Shown piece after piece: positions 48,558 through 57,427 of a DNA stretch of 64,000 nucleotides. A model generated the notes under the pieces. It ran no database searches, was not told where the DNA came from, and saw only the letters and a list, made by a program, of their open reading frames with translations. Numbering within the stretch: position 1 is the stretch's first letter; every line of letters starts with the position of its first letter. Origin of the DNA: a virus; IMG/VR virus record IMGVR_UViG_3300006735_000002, positions 1-64,000 of that record, one strand, 5' to 3'. A program made the position numbers and the translations under genes.

Positions 48558-50503
48558 GCGTCTACTCCAAAGAGTGTGTCGAGTACCGATGCCTTCATGG
48601 CCTCGTGGTCGTCAATGCCGAGCAGCTTGTCGTCCATGCCCTGGTACTGCTCAGCCGCCAGGAACTCCTTGATGGGAGTGATCTTGTCAGCCAGGATGCC
48701 AGCCACCTTCTCGTCGTAAGTCTTCCTGGCGAGCACCACCTTGAGCAGCGTGGGTCGACCACCGATGCGGTCGAACCGCCCCTTCCACTGCTCGAAGTCT
48801 CCGGGCCGCCACGGCAGCATGGCGAAAATGGCGAGGTCTGCAGACTGCAGACCATCGACCGACTCACCAAACGCCTGGCCGGTAGCGATAAGAAGGCACG
48901 GTCCTTCGCTCTCGCGGAAGCTCGTGACCATGTCCTCACGGTCGCGCTCGTCCGTGCCACCGTGACCCCAGCTCATCGCGGGCATGTGGCCACCGAAGTT
49001 CTTCTGCTTGACCTCCTTTGCCAGAGCCTTCTCGATGTACGAGGCCCAGTCCTCACAGTCCTGGCGACGCGCCGTGAACAGCACGACCTTGCCACCACCG
49101 CGGAGACCTTCGAGCACTTCCTCGACCACGTACTTGCGCTTGCGGCTGGCCGCCTCCATGAGGTTCGCTTCGAGCGCACGCTCCTTGTCGAACTCGGTGC
49201 GTGTCTTGAGCGCCTCCTTCTCCGCCTTGGCGATGACCCGCTTGAACGCCGCGGGGCGGTTCTGGTCAGACGGCGAGAGCCACACGACCTGGACGCGGGT
49301 GGGGGGCAGCTGACCGTGCGACTCGGTGTGCGTCACCTCTTGCATCAGGTAGGCCGCGCGGTACTTGAGTTCTTCGATGTGGCTGCTGCCCTTGTCGTCG
49401 ATGCCGCCGTACTCGCCCTCCTTCGCAGCGCAGTACCGCTTGGCGTAGGAGCTGAAGCCCATGCCGTAGGCGCCGGGGGCGAGCAGGTCGAGCTGACTCC
49501 ACAGTCGACGAGGGCGCCCGTCGTCCAGCGGCGTGGCGGTCAGGCCACCCCGCAGACGGATCGAAGGCAGGCGGCTCACGTCCATGGCAGCAACCGCACG
49601 GGTCTCTCGCGTGTCGGTCTTGGTCCGACGCTTCTCGAACTCAATCTCACCGTTGCTGTTGAAGATGGCCTTCCACCGTTTGGGCTGACCAAAGGTGTGG
49701 AGCTCATCGAACACCAGCACGGACGGTGCGAGCTTCGCAATCTCCTGGGTGTAGTCAGGGAGTGACTGCGCACCGAAGACCACGAAGGGGCGGATGCGAA
49801 GGTCGACACACTCTGCGAGGTAGTCCTGCAGGGTCTGGTCGTTCTTCCGCATCTGACCACGAGGGATCACACGGTGAGGCTTGAGGTTGGTGTACTCCTG
49901 AACCTGGTCCCACCAGACTCGGCGGGCCTTGGCGGGAGCAATGACACACACCGGACCCTTCTCGGTCAGAGCAGACAAGGTAGACGTCAGCGTCTTGCCT
50001 GACCCGCAAGGGTAGACCAGCTTGAACCAGGGCCTGGTCGAAGCCCAGTAGACGCCACGCGCCTGGTAGTCGGTGATGAGGTCAGTCACGAATGACTTGA
50101 CCTCGCCTCGGTTGACCATGCCGGCGACCACCTGCCGTCCGTACTCGGCCATGGTGGCCAGCGCTTCCTCGTCGTCAGAAGGCCACGCGAAGATGTCGCC
50201 CACGTTGATGGCGTGCTCAATCTGGTAGGTCACACCAGCTTCCGCCAGCCTGTGCTCGAAGAGCCACGCAGCGTTGAGGGGGACGAATGCCTTGTAGTAG
50301 TCGTAGCCGTTGACCGGCTCGGAGGGGTTCTCCCGAAGCAGCTTGGTCATGCGGTACCAGCGACGGTCATGTGCCATGTGGCCGTACGCCAGCACGCCAG
50401 GCAGCTGCTGCTCAATGCGAGCGAGCACGCTGCCGGAGCGACCTGTCGCTCGGTAGATGTAGTGGGGTTGGTCTTTGAGCGGTGAGAAGACGTCAGGCAT
50501 CAT
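48554..50503 (-). CDS. SNF2-like superfamily 2 helicase
   Basis: YQ motif, PCGSGKT, FDELH, LTATP, GESVDGLQ and QWKGRFDRIG. Confidence 0.88.
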   Translation of the reverse strand: MMPDVFSPLKDQPHYIYRATGRSGSVLARIEQQLPGVLAYGHMAHDRRWYRMTKLLRENPSEPVNGYDYYKAFVPLNAAWLFEHRLAEAGVTYQIEHAINVGDIFAWPSDDEEALATMAEYGRQVVAGMVNRGEVKSFVTDLITDYQARGVYWASTRPWFKLVYPCGSGKTLTSTLSALTEKGPVCVIAPAKARRVWWDQVQEYTNLKPHRVIPRGQMRKNDQTLQDYLAECVDLRIRPFVVFGAQSLPDYTQEIAKLAPSVLVFDELHTFGQPKRWKAIFNSNGEIEFEKRRTKTDTRETRAVAAMDVSRLPSIRLRGGLTATPLDDGRPRRLWSQLDLLAPGAYGMGFSSYAKRYCAAKEGEYGGIDDKGSSHIEELKYRAAYLMQEVTHTESHGQLPPTRVQVVWLSPSDQNRPAAFKRVIAKAEKEALKTRTEFDKERALEANLMEAASRKRKYVVEEVLEGLRGGGKVVLFTARRQDCEDWASYIEKALAKEVKQKNFGGHMPAMSWGHGGTDERDREDMVTSFRESEGPCLLIATGQAFGESVDGLQSADLAIFAMLPWRPGDFEQWKGRFDRIGGRPTLLKVVLARKTYDEKVAGILADKITPIKEFLAAEQYQGMDDKLLGIDDHEAMKASVLDTLFGVDA

Positions 50504-51360
50504 CCCTCCAGTGAAGAGAAGTCAGAGTCGTTGACCAGGAGCGCAGCGACTGGACCCTTCCAGCCGCAACTCTTCCGGTGATTGCAGTAGGCGTTGAGCT
50601 GGCGGGTGGGGTCGAGCCACCACCACACAGCCTCTCGCCGACAGCGTGGGCACTCGACCAAGCGGACAGCGTCGTCACTGACCACGCCACCCAGAGCATG
50701 GCCGAGGTTCGCACGTGCATCGGGGTCGAGATGTAGTTGGCTCCTGTCTCCTGGCACTGGCATAGAGTGCAGAAGCAGGGCCGGTCGGATGGGCACCACG
50801 TTGTCCTCGGGTGCCCACTTCATGATGTCGTCAACACGGAGCAGCGGAGCTCTCACAATGCGGGACTCGAAGTGCCGCTGATGCGCAGGGTCCTCGAGGT
50901 CACACGCCGGCAAGACCCACGATCGTGAGATGTCCTTGCAGTGGCGGTCGATGGTTCGGCCGCAGTGCTCTTCCGCCCAGCGCCACGCCGCGGGGTACTC
51001 CTCCTTGCGGAGGTCCTGGTCGAGAGGCAGCACCACCCGGAACTTGTGATGCTCCGGGCGGTGAGACCATGAGGTGTGCAGGATGAGCGCCCACTGACCC
51101 CACGCTTGCAGCGCCTGGTCAATGGTCGTCCCATCGTCGTAGTCGAGCACAAGGCACGAGGCGCCTTGGGCGTTTGCCTTCTTGCGTCGTGGCGGCTGGA
51201 ATGTCGCGGGGCTCCACTGCGGGAGCTTGCGCTTGTCCCATACGCGGAACGCCTCGCCGGGCTGGGCCAGCAAGTCCGACAGCTGGTCGAACGTCAGCTG
51301 CTGCGGGTGCGCCTCGGTCAAGAACAGGTTGTCGAACAGGCTGACCCAGAACTTTCTCAT
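50500..51360 (-). CDS. AEP-superfamily primase(-polymerase)-like protein with C-terminal zinc finger
   Basis: RRKKANA...LVLDYDDG, HTSWSH, KFRVVLPL, D..CKD.SR, CPRC...CNHRKSC. Confidence 0.75.
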   Translation of the reverse strand: MRKFWVSLFDNLFLTEAHPQQLTFDQLSDLLAQPGEAFRVWDKRKLPQWSPATFQPPRRKKANAQGASCLVLDYDDGTTIDQALQAWGQWALILHTSWSHRPEHHKFRVVLPLDQDLRKEEYPAAWRWAEEHCGRTIDRHCKDISRSWVLPACDLEDPAHQRHFESRIVRAPLLRVDDIMKWAPEDNVVPIRPALLLHSMPVPGDRSQLHLDPDARANLGHALGGVVSDDAVRLVECPRCRREAVWWWLDPTRQLNAYCNHRKSCGWKGPVAALLVNDSDFSSLEG

Positions 51361-51608
51361 GCGTCCCCGGCGACCCCGGAGCAGTACATGCGAGCGGCAT
51401 GCTGCACCTTTGCGATGGTGTCGATGACATCCTTCGCTACCTTCAGGTCGATGTCTCCAGCATCGCACACGGTGGCAAGTGCGAACGCCAGCTCCTCTGC
51501 AACCTGCCGATATGATTGACCATTCTTGATTGCCTCGTCGATGGCCTTGCTGGCCGGTCGGTAGACCTGTCCGTAGTTGATCATACGCATGAACTTTCCG
51601 TCAGCCAT
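51357..51608 (-). CDS. Hypothetical protein
   Basis: 83-aa ORF with GGAGG RBS and overlapping junctions. Confidence 0.65.
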   Translation of the reverse strand: MADGKFMRMINYGQVYRPASKAIDEAIKNGQSYRQVAEELAFALATVCDAGDIDLKVAKDVIDTIAKVQHAARMYCSGVAGDA

Positions 51609-51905
51609 TCAGCCCTCCTTCGACGGCGGGTACCAACGCGCCGTCACTTTGTTGATGTAGTCGTTCGGTCCCTGGTAGAAGAGAGACCGCTGACGCTTGC
51701 GCGTCCAGCCTGCCTGTTCAAGGCATGAGCCCAGCTCGAGCCAGCGTCGCCGCTCTCCGACGAAGTCTTCGAACAGGTCGGAGAAGTCTTCGTGGAATGC
51801 GATCTCGCTGACGCTCACACTCGGCAGCTTCGATGTGTTGGCGAGGAAGGCGGCGATGCGGCCTACCACTTCTTCGCCGGGCTTCTTGCAGTATGTGTCG
51901 TTCAT
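51609..51905 (-). CDS. Stand-alone winged-helix-like protein
   Basis: VSVSEI...ELGSCLEQAGWTRKRQR...RWYP resembles the C-terminal wHTH of phage primase-helicases. Confidence 0.55.
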   Translation of the reverse strand: MNDTYCKKPGEEVVGRIAAFLANTSKLPSVSVSEIAFHEDFSDLFEDFVGERRRWLELGSCLEQAGWTRKRQRSLFYQGPNDYINKVTARWYPPSKEG

Positions 51906-52027
51906 GAGTTTCCCTTGCAGTTGGAATAGATCCAAAGCGAAAACCACAACCACCAAATAATCTTGGGTCCGATTGGCCCCGGTGTTGACATCAAGTTGGG
52001 GTTGGGTTGCCGTCTTGTTTGGTGCAT
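51902..52027 (-). CDS. Small Trp-rich peptide (41 aa)
   Basis: MHQTRRQPNPNLMSTPGPIGPKIIWWLWFSLWIYSNCKGNS; GAGG RBS; ATGA overlap with the next gene; directly after the promoter. Confidence 0.4.
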   Translation of the reverse strand: MHQTRRQPNPNLMSTPGPIGPKIIWWLWFSLWIYSNCKGNS

Positions 52028-52046
52028 TGATGTGCCTCTGCTGAGC

Positions 52047-52075
52047 AGGTTAGCGACCGCGCACACAACTGTCAA
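52047..52075 (-). promoter_or_regulatory. Sigma70 promoter driving the replication operon
   Basis: TTGACA-17 nt-TAACCT. Confidence 0.75.
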
Positions 52076-52081
52076 ACAGGG

Positions 52082-52087
52082 TATAGT
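52082..52087 (+). promoter_or_regulatory. -10 element for a leaderless transcript
   Basis: TATAGT 6 nt before ATG 52094, no SD sequence. Confidence 0.5.
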
Positions 52088-52093
52088 GACCGC

Positions 52094-52603
52094 ATGTCTG
52101 ACCCCGAGAACATCCCAGAGCCCGCGCAGCTTCTCGCTCGTTTGCAGGAGCAAGACCGCGCTCTGAACGATCCCGAGAAGTCGGGTGCGCTCAGAGAGCT
52201 GCTGCGTGCAGGCATCACGGTTGGCAAGGCAGCCAACCATCTCGACCTCCCCATCTCCGTTGCCTGGCGCATGGTGACTTCGGACAAGTCTGCGCAGAAG
52301 GCACTGAAGGATGGCGATGACTTGCGGCGTAGGCAGCTACGCTCGACTCTTGAGAACCGAGCGGACGACATGCTACAGGTCATCGTCAGCCTGGCACATG
52401 ACCCAGATGTTGACGGGTCTGTGCGGCTGAAGGCGGCCCAGGACATCCTCGACCGGACAGGGCTGCTGGACAAGAACACCGGCAAGGGTGGCTCTGGTCA
52501 GCAGCAGGCGGCAGCGGTCATCGAACTCTCGTCTGTTGATCGAGACTTCCACGACCGGCTGCAGCGCATCACCGTCCGGGCGGGTACGAGGTCTGATGAT
52601 TAG
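52094..52603 (+). CDS. Terminase small subunit-like HTH protein
   Basis: HTH GITVGKAANHLDLPISVAW plus the VRLKAAQDILDRTG motif common in TerS-like proteins; the only plus-strand gene in the right half. Confidence 0.55.
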   Translation: MSDPENIPEPAQLLARLQEQDRALNDPEKSGALRELLRAGITVGKAANHLDLPISVAWRMVTSDKSAQKALKDGDDLRRRQLRSTLENRADDMLQVIVSLAHDPDVDGSVRLKAAQDILDRTGLLDKNTGKGGSGQQQAAAVIELSSVDRDFHDRLQRITVRAGTRSDD

Positions 52604-53079
52604 TCCTTGACCACGCGGTCGATGCCGTACTTCTTCTCGAGCTCATGCTTGAACTCTCGAAGGTCATCGTACTGCGGGTGTTCCATCAGCGCGTTGACCA
52701 TGGCGTCGGCAGGTCCAGTGGAAGGCAGCGCGCGGAGGACATCACCGAAGCGGGCGTCGATCTGCTCAGCCACACGCATGGCGTTGGACTTCCGCTTGTA
52801 GCCGTAGCTGTGATAGCCGCTGCTGAACGTGAGCCCCGTGGGCCAGTGCGTCAGCTTCCAGCGCTTGTCTTTCGACTCATGCCCGAACTCAACCTCCCAG
52901 GTCGAAGGGTCCTCCTTGTCCTTGACCGTGTGGTCAGTGATGTGGATCGGATGCACCGCCAGCTGACCGTAGCAGCGAATGCCCCGGGCGATGACCTGGT
53001 AGGCACCGCCCTGGTCATTGTCCGGCACGTCCGGCAGTCGGGTGTACACCGTGATGTCTCGGCTTCTCCAGCGAATCAT
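52600..53079 (-). CDS. Hypothetical protein
   Basis: GGAGG RBS; WKLTHWPTG motif. Confidence 0.65.
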   Translation of the reverse strand: MIRWRSRDITVYTRLPDVPDNDQGGAYQVIARGIRCYGQLAVHPIHITDHTVKDKEDPSTWEVEFGHESKDKRWKLTHWPTGLTFSSGYHSYGYKRKSNAMRVAEQIDARFGDVLRALPSTGPADAMVNALMEHPQYDDLREFKHELEKKYGIDRVVKD

Positions 53080-53080
53080 G

Positions 53081-53587
53081 TCAGTCCTCCCAGATGTTGG
53101 ACGCGGCGACGATCGCACGCATGAACGTCTTGAGCTTGTCGAGCTTGTCGTCGTCTCCGTTGCCCTCCAGGTCCGCGACAGTCAGACTGCGAGAATCGCT
53201 GGGCGTCAGGAAGTTGATCCGGTGACTCACGCTGCCGAACATCACGTCCACCCAGCGACCCTTGGCCCGGTACGCGGCAGCCTCACGACCGTTCTTGTCG
53301 GTGAGCGTCAGGTACGAGGTGTTGATCGGCGGGATGAACGTCTCACGAACAGGCACCGCAAGGGGCATGTCGCCGGGCTTCATGTCCGAGAAGCCCAGCA
53401 CCATGTCCTCGAGCAGCACAAGGCGGCGCGACTCGCCCTCGGTCTCCTCGTGGTTGGTGATGATCTGACACAGGCTCCAGATGTCACCAGTAGCCAGCTC
53501 CTGGTACCAGAACTCTTGGGGGTCAGGCCAGGTGCGGGTGCTCTCGTCCAAGACTCTGCCGTTGGACTGCAGGGTGTAACGGTTCAT
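53081..53587 (-). CDS. Hypothetical protein
   Basis: AAGGAG RBS; start set at ATG 53587. Confidence 0.65.
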   Translation of the reverse strand: MNRYTLQSNGRVLDESTRTWPDPQEFWYQELATGDIWSLCQIITNHEETEGESRRLVLLEDMVLGFSDMKPGDMPLAVPVRETFIPPINTSYLTLTDKNGREAAAYRAKGRWVDVMFGSVSHRINFLTPSDSRSLTVADLEGNGDDDKLDKLKTFMRAIVAASNIWED

Positions 53588-53615
53588 TGCTGCTCCTTCG
53601 TGTGGTGTTGTGTGC

Positions 53616-53888
53616 CTAACCTGCGTTGCGCTGGCAGGCAAGTGTGAGTGCTTCTTCCAGTGTGAGCGGGTCGATGGACCCGTCCACGTCTCCATCATAC
53701 GAGTGGCACAGGTACCACCCGTTGGGATCGAGCTCGTCCTCGACGTAGCCCTCCGCCCACGTGACTCCCCAGAAGTTGTCGCTCTCAGGCTCTACCGGGT
53801 AGGACGCAACCCACCGCACGTGTGGGTCGAGTACCTGCAGCGGCTCGAAACCGAAGGAGGCCAGCATGACGTCCTGTTCCTGGCTCAT
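53616..53888 (-). CDS. Acidic hypothetical protein
   Basis: AGGAGG RBS; ATGA overlap. Confidence 0.6.
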   Translation of the reverse strand: MSQEQDVMLASFGFEPLQVLDPHVRWVASYPVEPESDNFWGVTWAEGYVEDELDPNGWYLCHSYDGDVDGSIDPLTLEEALTLACQRNAG

Positions 53889-54481
53889 GCGACCTCCTGC
53901 CCTTCGATTTCGGTGAACTCGACACCGGTGATCCAGCCCGGCTTCCAGCCATTGCGGCCCAGCCGGTTCTGCTTGCGGTACCACTCAGGCGGGTTGATCG
54001 GCATCACGTACAGGCCAGCCACGCTGTAGACGCGGTGACCCCGCAGCACGATAGCTTCACCGATGGAGTTGACGGTCACGTTGACCACCCCGCCAGGAGC
54101 TGGACGGAAGTTACCCCTCCACTCACCCGTGCGGTCAGGGGGCAGGATGAAAGCCGTCAGGTACAAGTACCCGTAGCTGCCGTTGGTGTTGCCCACGACC
54201 TTGATGGCCTCGTCCTCGTACAGGACGTACTCCTTGGCCACGCGGTGGATGTCCCAGTGCTCGTCCTTCAGCTCGGCGAAGCGCTCACGACAGACGTCGA
54301 GGACACCCTTGTTGAGCGCCAGGACCAAGGCTGAACGCTCAGCCTCGTTGCCGGCGTACCAGCTGATGCGGTCGGGGACGAGGCCGAAGCCGGGGTCCTC
54401 GGTGGCGATGGCGCGAGCGCCCCAGATTGCGGAGCAGCCGCCCTGCTGTGCTGCCTTGATTGCAAATGCGTATCCAAACAT
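53885..54481 (-). CDS. Hypothetical protein
   Basis: GGAG RBS; NTNGSYGYLY motif. Confidence 0.65.
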   Translation of the reverse strand: MFGYAFAIKAAQQGGCSAIWGARAIATEDPGFGLVPDRISWYAGNEAERSALVLALNKGVLDVCRERFAELKDEHWDIHRVAKEYVLYEDEAIKVVGNTNGSYGYLYLTAFILPPDRTGEWRGNFRPAPGGVVNVTVNSIGEAIVLRGHRVYSVAGLYVMPINPPEWYRKQNRLGRNGWKPGWITGVEFTEIEGQEVA

Positions 54482-54482
54482 G

Positions 54483-54917
54483 TCACTCTCCCTTCTTGTT
54501 GAGGTTGTGCTTGACGAGCCAGATGCCCGCCTCGCTCTCGCTGTCGATCGCACGCACCAGCTTCTTGACGAACTTGCTGTCCGTCAGGCTGGAGGCGTTG
54601 GTGCGCAGACCGATGTGGTCGTACACGTCTTTTGCCTCGACGAGGTTGTCGCTGTCGTGGCTGTTGATTCGCTGCCAGGCGTAGGCCCGAGTGTAGAACT
54701 TCTCCCAGTTCTTCTCGGTGATGCAACCGATACCGACCGACATGGTCAGCCAGATGATCTGCTCGGTCAAGACCGAGAAGACTCGGAAGTCATCGTCACC
54801 GTTGTCGATGACCGTGCGGCGCTTGGACTTGCGGTAGTAGGCGATCTCCTCCGGGTCGGTGACCCGGGGGAAGGTGACGTCGCGGGAAACATTGCCGTGG
54901 TCAAAATCAAGGGACAT
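54483..54917 (-). CDS. Conserved phage hypothetical protein
   Basis: TMSVGIGCITEKNW..FY.R...HIGLRTNAS pattern. Confidence 0.65.
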   Translation of the reverse strand: MSLDFDHGNVSRDVTFPRVTDPEEIAYYRKSKRRTVIDNGDDDFRVFSVLTEQIIWLTMSVGIGCITEKNWEKFYTRAYAWQRINSHDSDNLVEAKDVYDHIGLRTNASSLTDSKFVKKLVRAIDSESEAGIWLVKHNLNKKGE

Positions 54918-54943
54918 GTGTAGCTCTCTTTGGTTGGGTTGGT

Positions 54944-55294
54944 TCAGTTGTTGAGCTCAAACATCAGGCGAATCACATCGTCGTGCCACTCGTTGAGGCG
55001 GGACGCCTCTTCTCGGTACTCAAGGACGAAGTGGCGCGGACTCACTACCGTCACCCCTTCCCACAGGTCGAAGGTGTACACACAGCGGAGCTCGACCGAT
55101 GTGCCATTGCCGTCGGGGTCCATGCCCTTCAGCGGGTAGTACACGTGCAGCCGGTAGGTCTCGATCACATCGGAGTAGTCGGGACCATTCCGGTGCTCGT
55201 GGGGAACCACCTCGACCTCAGCGAAGCGCGGGAGGTGGCGCTTCATCATGTTTGCCAGAACTTTGGCAGTCTCACCGTTCAAGACTTCAGGCAT
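54944..55294 (-). CDS. Hypothetical protein
   Basis: AGGAG RBS; 116 aa. Confidence 0.6.
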   Translation of the reverse strand: MPEVLNGETAKVLANMMKRHLPRFAEVEVVPHEHRNGPDYSDVIETYRLHVYYPLKGMDPDGNGTSVELRCVYTFDLWEGVTVVSPRHFVLEYREEASRLNEWHDDVIRLMFELNN

Positions 55295-55303
55295 GTCTCT
55301 CTC

Positions 55304-55690
55304 CTACAGGTTGACGCCGCACGCCAACGTGTGCGGCTTTCCGTTTGTGACGTTGAAGACCGCGAACTGGCTGGTCAGCAGCGGTCGGTTGTCTCCCACC
55401 ACGAACGTCTCGAGCTCGTAGGGGTTGTACCGAACTGCCTGCTCCGTTCCGTCGAGCAGGATGAGGTGGGTGACCCACCCCTTGGCGTAGGCATGGACAT
55501 GCTCCCTGCCCTCACGCCTCACGCGAGCACGGCCGGAAGGTTGCACCCTCCAGGTCACGTGCTTCAACACGATGCGCTTGGCGTACCCAACCACCAGGGC
55601 ATGCTGTCGCACACTCCATTCTCGGCGGCGCTGGTTGAAGTACACCTGCACCGGGCGCTCTCGGTCGAAGAGCTGGTGGGTACGCTTCAC
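55304..55690 (-). CDS. Conserved phage hypothetical protein
   Basis: VYFN....WSVR...V..SGR.RV.REG...VHAY..G...VRYNPY..TFV pattern. Confidence 0.7.
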   Translation of the reverse strand: MKRTHQLFDRERPVQVYFNQRRREWSVRQHALVVGYAKRIVLKHVTWRVQPSGRARVRREGREHVHAYAKGWVTHLILLDGTEQAVRYNPYELETFVVGDNRPLLTSQFAVFNVTNGKPHTLACGVNL

Positions 55691-55857
55691 TCTGTCTCCA
55701 CCGCTGCCGTCACAGACGGCTGTTCTGGGTCCGCGACCTCGCCTCCCTGCGACTCGACCTCGTCGACAAGTTCTTCGACGAAGGCGTGCAGCAGGTCGAG
55801 CAGCTGCGAGGGGTCGATGTTGGTGCGAATCTTGAAGCTAAGTGTGTGGGTATCCAT
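55687..55857 (-). CDS. Small acidic protein
   Basis: GAGGAG RBS; MDTHTLSFKIRTNIDPSQLLD... Confidence 0.6.
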   Translation of the reverse strand: MDTHTLSFKIRTNIDPSQLLDLLHAFVEELVDEVESQGGEVADPEQPSVTAAVETE

Positions 55858-55858
55858 G

Positions 55859-56440
55859 TCAGTTCTCCTCGATGACGATGACGTCGTTGCTGTTGACCCA
55901 GATGGTTTCTTCCTGCTCGTTCTCGACGTTGATGCCGAGACGCTGGCCCGGCTTGTACCGGTCCTGGCCTGTCCAGAAGACGTGGCCGCACTTGTTGATG
56001 TTGCGCTGACTCTTGGGGCCAGCACGCACCACGCGGATGAAGTCTCCGCGCTGAACCTGCCGGTCCGTCTCCTCGACCAGGTGGGCGAGACTCTCAGCCC
56101 GCCGAGGCGCCGGCGCCGGGGGCGTGGGCTGCGCCGCGCTCTGCGGTGCAGTGCCGAACGAGTAGCCAGCAACGGCTCCGCAGTCTCGGCAGTAATCGAA
56201 TCCGACCACGCCGTCGTATCCGAAGTGGGTGGTGTTGCCGCAGCTTGTGCAGCTCATGGTGGCGGTGGGGGTCGAGGGGGTCATGGTGCTCTCCTTGGTG
56301 AGGTAGTCCTTCGGGATGAACATCCGCGAAGGCTTGATGGTGTGGTGCTGTCCTGCCTGGTAGGCGAGACGCATCACGTCGTCGGGCTGGCCGGAGTGGA
56401 CCCGGCCATCGTGGTCAGTCCACTGCAGGCGTGTCTTCAC
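55859..56440 (-). CDS. Zinc-ribbon protein (CxxC...CxxC) with SH3-like C-terminus; internal start at 56284
   Basis: CTSCG...CRDCG; GTG 56440 overlaps the upstream stop, and a second in-frame ATG (56284) has its own AAGGAG RBS. Confidence 0.6.
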   Translation of the reverse strand: MKTRLQWTDHDGRVHSGQPDDVMRLAYQAGQHHTIKPSRMFIPKDYLTKESTMTPSTPTATMSCTSCGNTTHFGYDGVVGFDYCRDCGAVAGYSFGTAPQSAAQPTPPAPAPRRAESLAHLVEETDRQVQRGDFIRVVRAGPKSQRNINKCGHVFWTGQDRYKPGQRLGINVENEQEETIWVNSNDVIVIEEN

Positions 56441-57027
56441 ACCTTCCATTGCTTTGCCTTCGACGTACAGTCGCCTTCGTAGGTGTATGTGGCTTCGCAC
56501 AGGTACACGGTGCCGACATCCGGCACGTACTTGGCCGTCTCCGTGAACGTCTCCAGCACGGCGGTGTAGCCGCTCTCCCAGACCCAGTGGTCGTCCTCGT
56601 GCCGGAGCGTGAACTTGACCTGCGCCTTGGGAAGCTCACGCGTTCCCTCGGTCTCCGTCCACCGCACCGGGTCGAGTCGTTCCCACGTCTCGTCGTTGAA
56701 GTCGAGCCACTCTTCTCCGTTGTCGTCCGTCGAGTGGATGACCGAGTCGAGGTAGTTGAACTCCGCCTCGTTCTCCCAGTGCTCAGCGCACGGGATGTTG
56801 AACAGCTCGGGCAGGCCCGCGGCCTTGACCAAGGTGTCCATGTCGTGGAACTTCGCAGTGCTCGACTTCTCAGCGAGTTCGACCTTGTGCTTTTCCACGA
56901 GTCTGCGGAGGTCCTTGATGGCTTCATCCTTTGTCGGAGCCCACGCCTGGCATGGGTACTCCGTCGACCGGGCATGCCAGCCCGCCCTCCGGTTGGTGTC
57001 TTCCATCTTCTTCAGTTTCATCTTCAT
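56437..57027 (-). CDS. Acidic hypothetical protein
   Basis: AGGAG RBS; start set at ATG 57027. Confidence 0.65.
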   Translation of the reverse strand: MKMKLKKMEDTNRRAGWHARSTEYPCQAWAPTKDEAIKDLRRLVEKHKVELAEKSSTAKFHDMDTLVKAAGLPELFNIPCAEHWENEAEFNYLDSVIHSTDDNGEEWLDFNDETWERLDPVRWTETEGTRELPKAQVKFTLRHEDDHWVWESGYTAVLETFTETAKYVPDVGTVYLCEATYTYEGDCTSKAKQWKV

Positions 57028-57048
57028 GGTTCTCTCCTGGTTGTGGTT

Positions 57049-57086
57049 GGTGTGAGGCACCTGTCAGGCCGTGCCCCCCTGCGCCT
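57049..57086. repeat. 38-bp direct repeat, copy 1 (hairpin-forming)
   Basis: GGTGTGAGGCACCTGTCAGGCCGTGCCCCCCTGCGCCT; one mismatch versus copy 2. Confidence 0.95.
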
Positions 57087-57363
57087 CGATCTCGTCTTCG
57101 TAGAAGCCGTCACGCCACGGGGCGTCCGCTCCATGCAAGGTGACCATGGGCCAACAGCCCGTCTCTCCAAGGTCGTGGCCCTGCACAATGGCCATCTGCC
57201 CCACGTAGGAATCTTCGTCGGACTTGATGACCTTCACCCGGCTGCCCACTGGGAAGACTCGCTGGGCTTCGATCAGCCATGCAGCCTTCTTGGTAGAAGA
57301 CTCTTGCAGGATTTCGTGAGGGGCACCTGCACGATTGACAGTAGACCAGCAGAATGATGGCAT
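57064..57363 (-). CDS. Hypothetical SH3/KOW-like protein flanked by direct repeats
   Basis: GGAG RBS; FPVGSRVKVIKSD..SYVGQMAIV; the stop codon lies inside repeat copy 1. Confidence 0.6.
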   Translation of the reverse strand: MPSFCWSTVNRAGAPHEILQESSTKKAAWLIEAQRVFPVGSRVKVIKSDEDSYVGQMAIVQGHDLGETGCWPMVTLHGADAPWRDGFYEDEIEAQGGTA

Positions 57364-57381
57364 CGTTGCTCCAAGGTGTGG

Positions 57382-57419
57382 GGTGTGGGGCACCTGTCAG
57401 GCCGTGCCCCCCTGCGCCT
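57382..57419. repeat. 38-bp direct repeat, copy 2
   Basis: GGTGTGGGGCACCTGTCAGGCCGTGCCCCCCTGCGCCT. Confidence 0.95.
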
Positions 57420-57427
57420 TGTGCCTC

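Noticed and set aside
57049-57419. 38-bp repeats as a mini CRISPR array or att sites
   Set aside because: Only two copies, separated by a 295-bp coding segment; no integrase in the window.
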